A stretch of DNA of 55,282 bases from Eubacteriales bacterium. GTDB taxonomy: Bacteria; Bacillota; Clostridia; Oscillospirales; CAG-272. Positions 16,952-25,591 of the stretch are shown piece by piece. The notes under the pieces were generated by a model, which searched no databases, was not told the DNA's origin, and was given only the letters and a program-made list of their open reading frames with translations. The DNA is taken from assembly GCA_045605265.1 (NCBI GenBank), contig JAZUPQ010000011.1:1-55282 (forward strand), in the 5' to 3' direction. Every line of letters begins with the position of its first letter. The first letter of the stretch is position 1. The translations under genes and the position numbers were made by a program.

Positions 16952-18160
16952 ATGAAAATTCTTGTTATTAACGCAGGTAGCTCATCGCTCAAATTCCAAC
17001 TTATTGATATGGACGATGAGAGCGTAATCGCTAAGGGAATATGTGAAGAAATCGGTGGCAAATCCGGTTTCAAGCTCAAAGTACCGGGAAGAGAGGATTA
17101 CAAAACAAACGATAATCTTCCAACTCACGCAGAGGCGTTAAAGCTCGTTCTCGACTCTCTTGTAGATGAGAAAATCGGCGTAATCAAGTCGGTTAGTGAA
17201 ATCGGCGCGGTAGGTCACAGAGTCGTTCACGGCGGAGAAAAGATTTACGACTCCGTGCTCGTTACAGATGAAGTTATGGCAGTTCTTGAAGAGTGCTCCG
17301 ACCTTGCTCCGCTTCATAACCCCGCAAATATGAAGGGCATAATCGAGTGTCAAAAAATTATGAACGTTCCGCAGGTTGCAGTGTTTGATACAGGCTTCCA
17401 CCACACAATACCCGACTATGCTTATATGTACGGACTTCCTTACGAGTATTATGAGAAGTATAGAATTCGCCGCTACGGCTTCCACGGAACATCGCACAGA
17501 TATGTAAGCCAAAGAGCCCTCGCTATGCTTGGCAGAGAGAATAACCCCGAGGGAACGAAGATTGTTACCTGCCACCTTGGCAACGGCGCTTCAATCAGCG
17601 CGGTTCAGGACGGCAAATGCCTTGACACCACGATGGGCGTTACCCCTCTTGAAGGCATTATGATGGGTACGAGATGCGGTAATATCGACTCGGCAATAAT
17701 TCCTTATCTTATGAGAAAGGGAGAGCTCAAAACCGCCGACGACATTGATAAAATGATGAATAAGAAGAGCGGTATGCTCGGCGTGAGCGGTGTAACAAGC
17801 GATAATCAGGAAATAGGTAAGCTCGCAGCAGCAGGTCACGAGAGAGCGCAGCTTGTTGAGAGAATGTACTCGCATCAATTAACAAAGCTTGCAGGCGGAT
17901 ATATCGCCGCTATGGGTGGCGCTGACGCTATCGTATTTACCGGCGGAATCGGTGAGAACAACGGAAGCTACAGAACGTACCTCTGTGAGAAGCTTGCTTT
18001 CCTCGGTGTTAAAATCGATGAGGAAAAGAACAAGATTCGCGGCCGTGAAATCGATATTGCAACACCCGACTCTAAGGTTCGCGTGCTTGTAATTCCTACA
18101 AATGAGGAGCTTGTAATCGCAAGAGACGCCCTTGCAATTCTCAACTCTCTCAAAAAATAA
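16952..18160 (+). CDS. ackA: Acetate kinase
   Basis: MKILVINAGSSSLKFQLIDM, HRVVHGG, FDTGFHHTIP, RRYGFHGTSHRYV, and the IPTNEELVIARD C-terminus. Confidence 0.95.
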   Translation: MKILVINAGSSSLKFQLIDMDDESVIAKGICEEIGGKSGFKLKVPGREDYKTNDNLPTHAEALKLVLDSLVDEKIGVIKSVSEIGAVGHRVVHGGEKIYDSVLVTDEVMAVLEECSDLAPLHNPANMKGIIECQKIMNVPQVAVFDTGFHHTIPDYAYMYGLPYEYYEKYRIRRYGFHGTSHRYVSQRALAMLGRENNPEGTKIVTCHLGNGASISAVQDGKCLDTTMGVTPLEGIMMGTRCGNIDSAIIPYLMRKGELKTADDIDKMMNKKSGMLGVSGVTSDNQEIGKLAAAGHERAQLVERMYSHQLTKLAGGYIAAMGGADAIVFTGGIGENNGSYRTYLCEKLAFLGVKIDEEKNKIRGREIDIATPDSKVRVLVIPTNEELVIARDALAILNSLKK

Positions 18161-18170
18161 AAAATAATCG

Positions 18171-18201
18171 GTTACACGGGGTAAATCTTACCCCGTGTAA
18201 C
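18171..18201 (+). terminator. Strong hairpin after ackA (terminator or attenuator; weak U-tract)
   Basis: Perfect 14-bp stem GTTACACGGGGTAA / TTACCCCGTGTAAC with a 3-nt loop, followed only by GTTT. The greA RBS is 10 nt further on. Confidence 0.5.
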
Positions 18202-18217
18202 GTTTACAGGTGAAAAT

Positions 18218-18721
18218 ATGTACGATGAATTGACCGAAGTAGACATTAAAAAAATGGAAGAGGAGATAAAATATCGCGAGAGTGTGCTTGCGCCGCTGCT
18301 TCGGGAGGAAATGCGCCGCACTCGCGAATTCGGAGACCTCTCCGAAAATGCCGAATACAAAGAAGCGAAAAGAGAAAAACGCAAAAACGAGAGCCGAATT
18401 CGTTATCTTTGCAATATGATAAGAACCGCAAAAATTATAGACGTAGAAAAACAAGAGGGAAGAGTGGCCCTTTTTGACAAGGTAACGTTCTATAACGAGA
18501 AAGCCAAGGCCGAGAAGACGGTGCAAATAGTAACAACCCTGCGGCAAAATCCACTCCAAGGCTGCGTAAGCAAGGAATCCCCGCTCGGTATGGCCTTGAT
18601 GGGGGCAAAAGAAGGCGAAAGAAAACAAGTACGAGTAAACGACACAATGTCATACTACGTCAAGATTTTAAAGATAGAGAGGGGTATAGACGACGACACC
18701 CTGCCAATTTCGGGATTCTGA
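18218..18721 (+). CDS. greA: Transcription elongation factor GreA
   Basis: The coiled-coil N-terminal domain carries the acidic tip motif FGDLSENAEYKEAKRE. A C-terminal FKBP-like domain follows (SPLGMALMGAKEGE). Confidence 0.9.
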   Translation: MYDELTEVDIKKMEEEIKYRESVLAPLLREEMRRTREFGDLSENAEYKEAKREKRKNESRIRYLCNMIRTAKIIDVEKQEGRVALFDKVTFYNEKAKAEKTVQIVTTLRQNPLQGCVSKESPLGMALMGAKEGERKQVRVNDTMSYYVKILKIERGIDDDTLPISGF

Positions 18722-18796
18722 AATTTTGCAAAATTCGTTGAAGATTCAACTCGCTCAATCGCCGTATGGAAATCAATATACCGATATGGAGAAAAC

Positions 18797-20434
18797 ATGA
18801 AAAAATATACCATTGGAATTGACTTTGGAACGCTATCCGCCAGATGCGTGCTTGTAGATTGCGATGACGGCAAGGAAATCGCAACTCACACATACAATTA
18901 TCCACACGCGGTAATGGACGAAGCTCTGCCGTGCGGTAAAAGGCTGCCGCCGCTTTTTGCGCTCCAACACCCCGCCGATTACATAGAGGCTTTTGAAAAC
19001 GCGGTAAAAAGCACCGTATTAAAATCCGGCGTAGACAAGTCGGATATAAAAGGACTTTGCATAGACTTTACCGCTTCCACCGTTTTGCCGATAGACAAAA
19101 ACGGAATGCCGCTATGCTTTCTTGAAAAATACAAAAGTGAGCCTCACGCCTATGTAAAATTGTGGAAGCACCACGCCGCTCAGCCCGAGGCAAACGAGAT
19201 AAATTCTCTTGCGGAAAAAATGGGTGAGAGCTGGCTTGCCGTCTACGGAGGCAAAACGTCATCGGAATGGATTTGGCCTAAAATTCTCGAAACGGCGAAA
19301 AAAGCTCCCGAGGTTTACCGTGATGCAGACATGTTTTTGGAGGCGGGAGATTGGCTCTCCTACCAAATCACAGGCAATAAAAAACACAGTCTTCCGTTCA
19401 CCGCCTATAAATCTCTTTGGAACGAGAATAACGGCTACCCGTCTAACGAATATTTCAAAAATCTCCACCCCTCCCTTGACGGCGTAATCGGAACGAAAAT
19501 ATCCGAAAGCATCTCCAAGGTAGGCGAAAAATTCGGACTTTTGAACGAGTACGGCTCAAAGCTTACCGGACTTCCGATCGGTCTCCCCGTGGCTACTACA
19601 ATGCCCGATGCCCACGTGTCTATGTCCGCCTTAAACATCACGAAGGAGGGGGAACTGATCATAATCATAGGAACTTCGTCCTGTCACATAGTTCACAGCA
19701 AAGAGGAAAAGAGCGTAAGCGGAATTTGCGGCTATGTGAAAGGCGGCGTTATCCCCGACATCTACACCTATGAGGCGGGACAGTCCGGTGTCGGCGATAT
19801 ATTCGATTGGTTTGTGAAAAACAACCTGCCGTATAATTACTTCAAAGAGGCAGAGGAGAGAAAAATCAACCCCCACGCTCTTTTGAGAGAAAAAGCTTCG
19901 CGCCTAAAAGCAGGAGAGAGCGGACTTATAACTCTCGATTGGCTTAACGGAAATCGCAGCACGCTTGACGACGGTGAGCTGTCGGGCTTGATTCTCGGCT
20001 TGACACTTCGCACAAAGCCCGAAGAAATATACCGCGCCTTTCTTGAATCCACCGCCTTTGGCACGAAGGTCATAATCGACAATTTTGAAGAAAAGGGAAT
20101 ACGCGTAGACAGTATTAAAATCTGCGGCGGAATTGCCCTGAAAGATGAATTGTTAATGCAGATTTACGCCGACGTCACCGGCAGAACTCTGCAAATCTCG
20201 GGAACTGCCCAAGCAGGCGCTTTGGGTAGCGCTATATATGCAGCGGTCGCAGGCGATGTTTACGAAAACATAGAAACCGCCGCAGAAAAAATGAGCGCCC
20301 CCTTCGTTAAAACTTATATTCCCTCTGAGGAAAGCCACAAAGCCTACGCCGAGCTTTACCAAGAATACAAAAAGCTCTATAACTACTTCGGCAAAGGTGA
20401 AAATACCGTTATGAAAAAACTTATGGGAAAATAA
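18797..20434 (+). CDS. araB: Ribulokinase (FGGY family)
   Basis: YTIGIDFGTLSARCVLVD, ALQHPADY and the long AraB-type C-terminus (CGGIALKDELLMQIYADVTGR, AGALGSAIYAAVA). No araA or araD is nearby. Confidence 0.8.
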   Translation: MKKYTIGIDFGTLSARCVLVDCDDGKEIATHTYNYPHAVMDEALPCGKRLPPLFALQHPADYIEAFENAVKSTVLKSGVDKSDIKGLCIDFTASTVLPIDKNGMPLCFLEKYKSEPHAYVKLWKHHAAQPEANEINSLAEKMGESWLAVYGGKTSSEWIWPKILETAKKAPEVYRDADMFLEAGDWLSYQITGNKKHSLPFTAYKSLWNENNGYPSNEYFKNLHPSLDGVIGTKISESISKVGEKFGLLNEYGSKLTGLPIGLPVATTMPDAHVSMSALNITKEGELIIIIGTSSCHIVHSKEEKSVSGICGYVKGGVIPDIYTYEAGQSGVGDIFDWFVKNNLPYNYFKEAEERKINPHALLREKASRLKAGESGLITLDWLNGNRSTLDDGELSGLILGLTLRTKPEEIYRAFLESTAFGTKVIIDNFEEKGIRVDSIKICGGIALKDELLMQIYADVTGRTLQISGTAQAGALGSAIYAAVAGDVYENIETAAEKMSAPFVKTYIPSEESHKAYAELYQEYKKLYNYFGKGENTVMKKLMGK

Positions 20435-20440
20435 AAAATG

Positions 20441-20482
20441 GCCAAAACTATGATTTTACTTCACAGTTTTGGCTATTTTTTG
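20441..20482. terminator. Bidirectional rho-independent terminator between araB and psuG
   Basis: 9-bp stem GCCAAAACT / AGTTTTGGC with T-rich tracts on both strands. Confidence 0.7.
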
Positions 20483-20488
20483 TAAACT

Positions 20489-21412
20489 TTAATTTCCTTT
20501 TACAAGTTCTTTCGCAATTTCAGACGCAAGTCTTGCGTTGTTGAAAACGAGTTGAATATTGCTGTCAAGCGAGTCTCCTTTTGTCAGCTCCTTGATTTTT
20601 GCAAGGAGATACGGAGTCGTTTCCTTTCCGGAAATTCCAAGTCTGTTTGCTTCGTCTACGGCTTTATCAATCACCGAATTAATTTCGTCCTTTGGCATAG
20701 AATATTCCTCGGGTATAGGATTTGTCACCAGCATACCGCCCTTCAAACCGAGCTCGAGCTTGATTTTAAATGCGTCTGCAATTTCCTTTGGAGTATCGAG
20801 CCTATAATCTACCTTAAAATCCGACTCCCTCGTATAAAAAGCGGGGAGCGTTTCCGTTTTATAGCCTATAACGCTGACGCCCTTCGTTTCAAGATATTCA
20901 AGCGTCAAGCCGAGGTCAAGTATGGATTTTGCCCCTGCGCAAACCACCATAACCTGTGTGTTCGAAAGCTCTTCCAGGTCTGCGCTTATATCCATAGTCT
21001 TTTCCGCGCCTCTGTGAACACCGCCTATTCCGCCTGTGGCAAAAACTCTTATTTTAGCCATATCGGCAATCATCATAGTTGTAGTTACGGTAGTGGCGCC
21101 GTCCTCACCCCTCGCAAGCAAAACGGGAAAGTCTCGTCTTGATGCCTTTGTGACTGCCTGCCCCTTTTTGCCGAGATATTCTATCTCATCTTTTGATAGG
21201 CCCGCCTTTAATTTGCCGCCGATAATAGCAATGGTAGCCGGCACGCAACCACACTCTCTGACCAAATCCTCAACCGCCAGCGCCGTCTTGACGTTGTCGG
21301 GATACGGCATACCGTGTGAAATTATCGTGGACTCCAAAGCAACGACGGGAATACCTTTTTTGAGCGCGCGTTTCACTTCATCACCCAAAACCAAATATTT
21401 TTTTTCTGACAT
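20489..21412 (-). CDS. psuG: Pseudouridine-5-prime-phosphate glycosidase
   Basis: VVALESTIISHGMPYPDN, ATIAIIGGKLKAGL and VFATGGIGGVHRGAE motifs of the PsuG/IndA family. ATG 21412 follows AGGAGA and is preferred over the upstream ATG at 21457. Confidence 0.9.
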   Translation of the reverse strand: MSEKKYLVLGDEVKRALKKGIPVVALESTIISHGMPYPDNVKTALAVEDLVRECGCVPATIAIIGGKLKAGLSKDEIEYLGKKGQAVTKASRRDFPVLLARGEDGATTVTTTMMIADMAKIRVFATGGIGGVHRGAEKTMDISADLEELSNTQVMVVCAGAKSILDLGLTLEYLETKGVSVIGYKTETLPAFYTRESDFKVDYRLDTPKEIADAFKIKLELGLKGGMLVTNPIPEEYSMPKDEINSVIDKAVDEANRLGISGKETTPYLLAKIKELTKGDSLDSNIQLVFNNARLASEIAKELVKGN

Positions 21413-21633
21413 TTTAATCTCCTGAAAATCGTTTTCACATTTTAAAAACAACTGCATATAATAAATATATCATTAAAATTGCACAAGGTCAATAGCATTT
21501 TTTTGAACAAAAGTAAAAATAATACAAAAATTTGATAAAAATGCATAAAAAAGACTTGAAATTTGCCAAAAAATGTGTTAAAATAGACACCCTCGCAAAA
21601 AATAAGCAAAAAATAATAAAGGAGAAAATTAAG

Positions 21634-22569
21634 ATGTCAGAAATCTCAATCAAAAAATTAAATGAACAAATGACGAAATTTCCGCAAGAGACGATTTTGG
21701 CATCCGAGGAAAGGTATAAATCTTTAATAGCAGACGTAGCAGATAAAGTAGCATCGAATGATAATATTAGAATTATTCTTTTGGCCGGGCCGTCGGGTTC
21801 AGGAAAAACTACAAGCGCAAATCTTCTCTCGGACGACCTGAATGAGAAAGGAAAAAAGTGCTTCGTAGTCTCTCTTGACGATTTTTACAGAGATGCGGGA
21901 GACCCCGAGTACCCAAAACAGCCCTCGGGCGAGCGCGATTACGAGTCGCCGTTGGCTCTTGATATTCCCTACCTTGTAAAGACGCTTACGGATATTGCCG
22001 AATGCCGCGACTTTACTTTGCCGAAATACGATTTTAAAGTCGGAGGAAGAGTCTCGGTTACAAAATACTCAAAAATGACACACGGGTGTGTAGTAATCGA
22101 GGGGCTTCACGCCCTTAACCCAATAGTTTTTGAGTCGCTTCCCAAGGAGGCGGTTTATAAAATTTTCATCTCCGTTTCCACCAATATCACAAATAAAGAA
22201 AAAAGACTCATCTCAGGCAGAAAGATGCGTTTTATTCGCCGAATGGTAAGAGATAATCTCTACCGCGCGTCAAGCGCCGAGCGCACCCTCTCAATGTGGG
22301 AAAACGTTCTCGAAGGCGAAAATAAATACCTATATCCGTTCAGAGATAACGCCGACATATCCTTCAATACCTTCCACGACTTTGAGCTGTCGGTAATGAA
22401 GGACTTCGCCCTCAACCTGATAAGCGACGAGCTCGCAGAAAAAAATCCATACGCCAAGACCGTAAAACGCGCCCTATTGGCGTCGGTCTCTGCTCCGGAA
22501 TCTATGATACCCCAAGACTCGCTGATACGCGAATTTATCCCCGGCGGTATTTACGAATCACTCTATTGA
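21634..22569 (+). CDS. Uridine kinase/phosphoribulokinase-family P-loop nucleoside kinase with a C-terminal extension
   Basis: ILLAGPSGSGKTTSANLL Walker A and VVSLDDFYRD. It is about 311 aa from ATG 21634 (AAGGAGAA RBS), longer than canonical Udk (about 210 aa). Confidence 0.75.
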   Translation: MSEISIKKLNEQMTKFPQETILASEERYKSLIADVADKVASNDNIRIILLAGPSGSGKTTSANLLSDDLNEKGKKCFVVSLDDFYRDAGDPEYPKQPSGERDYESPLALDIPYLVKTLTDIAECRDFTLPKYDFKVGGRVSVTKYSKMTHGCVVIEGLHALNPIVFESLPKEAVYKIFISVSTNITNKEKRLISGRKMRFIRRMVRDNLYRASSAERTLSMWENVLEGENKYLYPFRDNADISFNTFHDFELSVMKDFALNLISDELAEKNPYAKTVKRALLASVSAPESMIPQDSLIREFIPGGIYESLY

Positions 22570-22731
22570 TGGGATATTTTGCGAAATACTGCGTTAAAGC
22601 GGCGGCTCATTTGAGTCGCCGTATTCATATACGGCTTCATCTCGTTCGCTTGCTTTGCCTTGTCTTTCACAAAATTCTCCTCATCAAACCTGCGGGTATA
22701 ATTCACCTTCTCAAACTAAACAAGCAAAAGA

Positions 22732-22768
22732 CCTCCGCTTTCGTTAAAGCAGAGGCTTTTTGTTTTTT
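22732..22768. terminator. Bidirectional terminator between the udk-like and RNHCP genes
   Basis: 10-bp stem CCTCCGCTTT / AAAGCAGAGG (one mismatch), CGTT loop, then CTTTTTGTTTTTT. There is also a T-rich run on the opposite strand. Confidence 0.65.
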
Positions 22769-22782
22769 GCTACGTCTCGCCG

Positions 22783-23112
22783 CTAAATTGTATTAGCGGT
22801 GAGCTTTATAATAAGGTCTGTGTCGTCGGGCTGAATTTTCGCCTCGTGTGCGGATTTATTTCGGACGACCTTTCCGCATTTGTCGCATTTGTGTATGATG
22901 ATATAACCTTTTTTGAGGTCGGGAATTGCTGAAATAGGTCTCAGAATTCCGTGGCAGGTGTTGGCTCTGTCTCCGGGATTTATGTCAACGTGCAGCGAGC
23001 AAAGACAAAACGGACAGTGATTTCTTGAAGTGTAGCCGAGAGGCAGCACCTCTTTTTTGCAATTTTCACAGATAAAACCGTTATCGTTTTTGGAAAAACG
23101 CTTCTGTTCCAT
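22783..23112 (-). CDS. RNHCP-domain zinc-ribbon protein
   Basis: Literal RNHCPFC motif plus three more CxxC pairs (CENC, CDKC). The start is either ATG 23112 or the GTG at 23124 that overlaps the mnmE stop. Confidence 0.8.
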   Translation of the reverse strand: MEQKRFSKNDNGFICENCKKEVLPLGYTSRNHCPFCLCSLHVDINPGDRANTCHGILRPISAIPDLKKGYIIIHKCDKCGKVVRNKSAHEAKIQPDDTDLIIKLTANTI

Positions 23113-23120
23113 AAATTTTC

Positions 23121-24509
23121 TCACTTTCCAACGCAGAATTTTGCGAAAATGTCAGACACAACCTCGTCTGATACACCGCGTCCGTCAAGCTCGCCGATTT
23201 CGCCTAGGGCTAACTCGACGTCCGAGCCTGCTGCATCTTGGGCTATGCCGATTTTGAAGGCGTTCAGGGCATTTTCAACAAGTGAAATGGCAACCTCCAC
23301 CTTGGCGTTTTGCCTTGCGGTAGAGATAATAACATCGGAATTAGGAGCGATTTTTTCATCTGTGAAAAGCCTGTCTATAAGCTCTGTGAGGGAGGAAAGT
23401 GCCGCCCCGCTGTCCTTCTTTGCGCTGACATAAATTACGTTTTCAAAGGCGGAGTCAATCCTGCTTTTGTCGATTTTTTCTTCAAGGTCGCATTTGTTAA
23501 CAATGGCAATCGCCGTTGCGTTTGAGGCGCTCTTTAATTTGAAAATTTCCTCATCCTCCGCAGAAAAGGGACTCGAAGCATCGAAAACGCAAATCAAAAG
23601 CTCGCAATTTGCAGCTCTATTTTTTGCTCTGTCAATGCCGATTTTTTCCACCTCGTCGGCGCTCTGCACAGAGCGAATTCCAGCGGTGTCCGATAGATTG
23701 AGCAGAACTCTTCCGAGAGGAACCTGTCCCGTGAGGACGTCGCGCGTCGTGCCTTCAATGTCGGTGACAATAGCCAAATCGTCACCGAAAATCAAATTAT
23801 AAAGACTGCTTTTTCCCACGTTGGGCTTTCCGCAAATAACCGTGTCTATACCTTCGTTAATTGCTCTGCCTGTGCGATAGGATTTTTGAAGATTTACAAG
23901 CTCGTCCCGTATTTTTTCAAGTCGGCAGATGCATTCTCCGTCGGAAAAGTCTCCGAGGTCCTCGTCGGGATAATCTATCCTTGCGTAAATCGACGAGAGA
24001 AGCTCGCGGAGAGCTGCGCGTATTTCCGCGATTTTTGAGGCGAGCCTTTTACGTGAATCACCGGAGGCGAGTTTGAGCTGCTCGTCACTTTTGGCTTCAA
24101 GCAGAGTGCCGATAGCCTCCGCCTCCGTAAGTGAGAGCTTTCCGTTAATAAAAGCGCGTCTTGTGAACTCACCCGCCTCGGCAGGTCTGGCGCCAAAAGC
24201 AAACAGAGCTTCAAGCACTCTCTTTGTGACAAGTACGCCCCCGTGTATAGATAACTCCACCGTATCTTCCCCCGTATATGAGGCGGGAGAAGGGAAAAAC
24301 GTCAGCATTCCGTCATCTAATCGACGGTTTTTGTAAACCACGTCACCGTAAATTTGATGTCTTGGCGGATAATCAAAAATTTTTCTTTTTCCCTTAGGGA
24401 CGAATATCCTTTCGGCAATTTCAAAAGCCCCTTCACCGCTCACGCGTATAATGGCAACCCCACCCTTTCCGGGTGGGGTTGAAACTGCCGCAATTACGGC
24501 GTTAAGCAT
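23121..24509 (-). CDS. mnmE: tRNA modification GTPase MnmE
   Basis: IAAVSTPPGKGGVAIIRVSG N-terminus, G-domain (GKPNVGKSSLYN, DTAGIR, NKCD) and the C-terminal FCVGK tetrapeptide. Confidence 0.95.
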   Translation of the reverse strand: MLNAVIAAVSTPPGKGGVAIIRVSGEGAFEIAERIFVPKGKRKIFDYPPRHQIYGDVVYKNRRLDDGMLTFFPSPASYTGEDTVELSIHGGVLVTKRVLEALFAFGARPAEAGEFTRRAFINGKLSLTEAEAIGTLLEAKSDEQLKLASGDSRKRLASKIAEIRAALRELLSSIYARIDYPDEDLGDFSDGECICRLEKIRDELVNLQKSYRTGRAINEGIDTVICGKPNVGKSSLYNLIFGDDLAIVTDIEGTTRDVLTGQVPLGRVLLNLSDTAGIRSVQSADEVEKIGIDRAKNRAANCELLICVFDASSPFSAEDEEIFKLKSASNATAIAIVNKCDLEEKIDKSRIDSAFENVIYVSAKKDSGAALSSLTELIDRLFTDEKIAPNSDVIISTARQNAKVEVAISLVENALNAFKIGIAQDAAGSDVELALGEIGELDGRGVSDEVVSDIFAKFCVGK

Positions 24510-25573
24510 TACTTTATTTCCTCGTCAACAAAAAGATTTTCGTCGGACTCGTCGGGAATCGTGGTCTCGCAGGCAACTACCTCGTTTTCATCGCCCTCTG
24601 CCGATGCAACTTGTTCAACAGCACCGATGTTGGCAGACGTGTCATCCTCGTCCTGCGCGAATTCTTCAATAAGGGAGGTCTTTTTTTCTTCTTCAAAGAC
24701 GCCCTCAGGCTTTTTGTCTGTAAGGTAAATTACGATTTTTCTGTTTGTGTCAGAACCGATTGAATTGGTGGAAACGCCCTCTATTCCTTGAACCTCGGAG
24801 TGAATAATTCTTCTCTCGTAAGCGCTCATAGGTTCGAGCATAACGCTTCTCTTGTTTTTGAGAGCCTTCGCTGCCATTCTGCGAGCGAGGGCGCGGAGAG
24901 CCTCCTCTCTCTTGGCTCTGTAACCTTCAATATCAATAGTTACTCTGCTCTTGTCCTTCTCACCGTGAGCATTCTTCTTTGCGCTGGCGAGATTAGCGAG
25001 GTATTGAAGCGCGTCGAGTGTATCGCCGTGATGTCCTATAAGAGCGGCAGCGTCCTCGCCGCTGATAATAATTCTGCGCGTGCCGTCTTCAAGGGTATAG
25101 AGCTCTGCGTCTGCGTTGAGACCGATGTCGTAAATAAGTGTCTTAACGAAGTCGAAGGAGCAGTCATCACCCAAAGAAACCTCGCGACGTTCCATTTTGA
25201 GCTCCGCAGGGGAAACTGCGGGGGTGTGTGATTTTTTCTCACCCTGCTTTTTGTTTTTATTGTGTTTTTTGTTGGAATTTTGCTTGTTTTCGGGCTTGTT
25301 TTCAGCCTTTTTTTCGGATCTGTTTTGGTTTTTGTTTTCGTTTTTCTCTCTGCGAGGCTTGTTTCTCTGATTTCTTTCTTCTGCGGAATCGGGAATTTCC
25401 ATATAAGCCTTAACCTGAGCGGGCTTAACGCCGATAATGCCGAAAATACCCTTGCTTCCCGCGTGAATAATTTCAAAATTTACATCGTCAAGAGGACCTG
25501 CTCCGAGAGCGGCTCTTGCATTTTCTTGCGCTTCGGTAATGGTCTTACCGCTGGCAACTATCTCCTTAATCAT
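24509..25573 (-). CDS. khpB: Jag/KhpB RNA-binding protein (Jag_N + KH + R3H) with long low-complexity insert and acidic tail
   Basis: Jag_N (MIKEIVASGKTITEAQENARAALG), KH (IISGEDAAALIGHHGDTLDALQYL) and R3H (LEPMSAYERRIIHSEV). It is 354 aa because of a K/N/E-rich linker and a D/E-rich C-terminus. Confidence 0.85.
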   Translation of the reverse strand: MIKEIVASGKTITEAQENARAALGAGPLDDVNFEIIHAGSKGIFGIIGVKPAQVKAYMEIPDSAEERNQRNKPRREKNENKNQNRSEKKAENKPENKQNSNKKHNKNKKQGEKKSHTPAVSPAELKMERREVSLGDDCSFDFVKTLIYDIGLNADAELYTLEDGTRRIIISGEDAAALIGHHGDTLDALQYLANLASAKKNAHGEKDKSRVTIDIEGYRAKREEALRALARRMAAKALKNKRSVMLEPMSAYERRIIHSEVQGIEGVSTNSIGSDTNRKIVIYLTDKKPEGVFEEEKKTSLIEEFAQDEDDTSANIGAVEQVASAEGDENEVVACETTIPDESDENLFVDEEIK

Positions 25574-25591
25574 ATATAATAGCCTTTCTTA

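Noticed and set aside
22566-22796. 76-aa plus-strand ORF from the track
   Set aside because: It has no RBS and no motif. It runs through two hairpin or terminator structures and the convergent RNHCP gene end, and is most likely non-coding.
25036-25579. ORFs 25036-25476 (-), 25228-25413 (+) and 25262-25579 (+) inside jag
   Set aside because: They are artefacts of the low-complexity K/N/E-coding stretch of jag. The jag frame is supported by Jag_N, KH and R3H motifs on either side.
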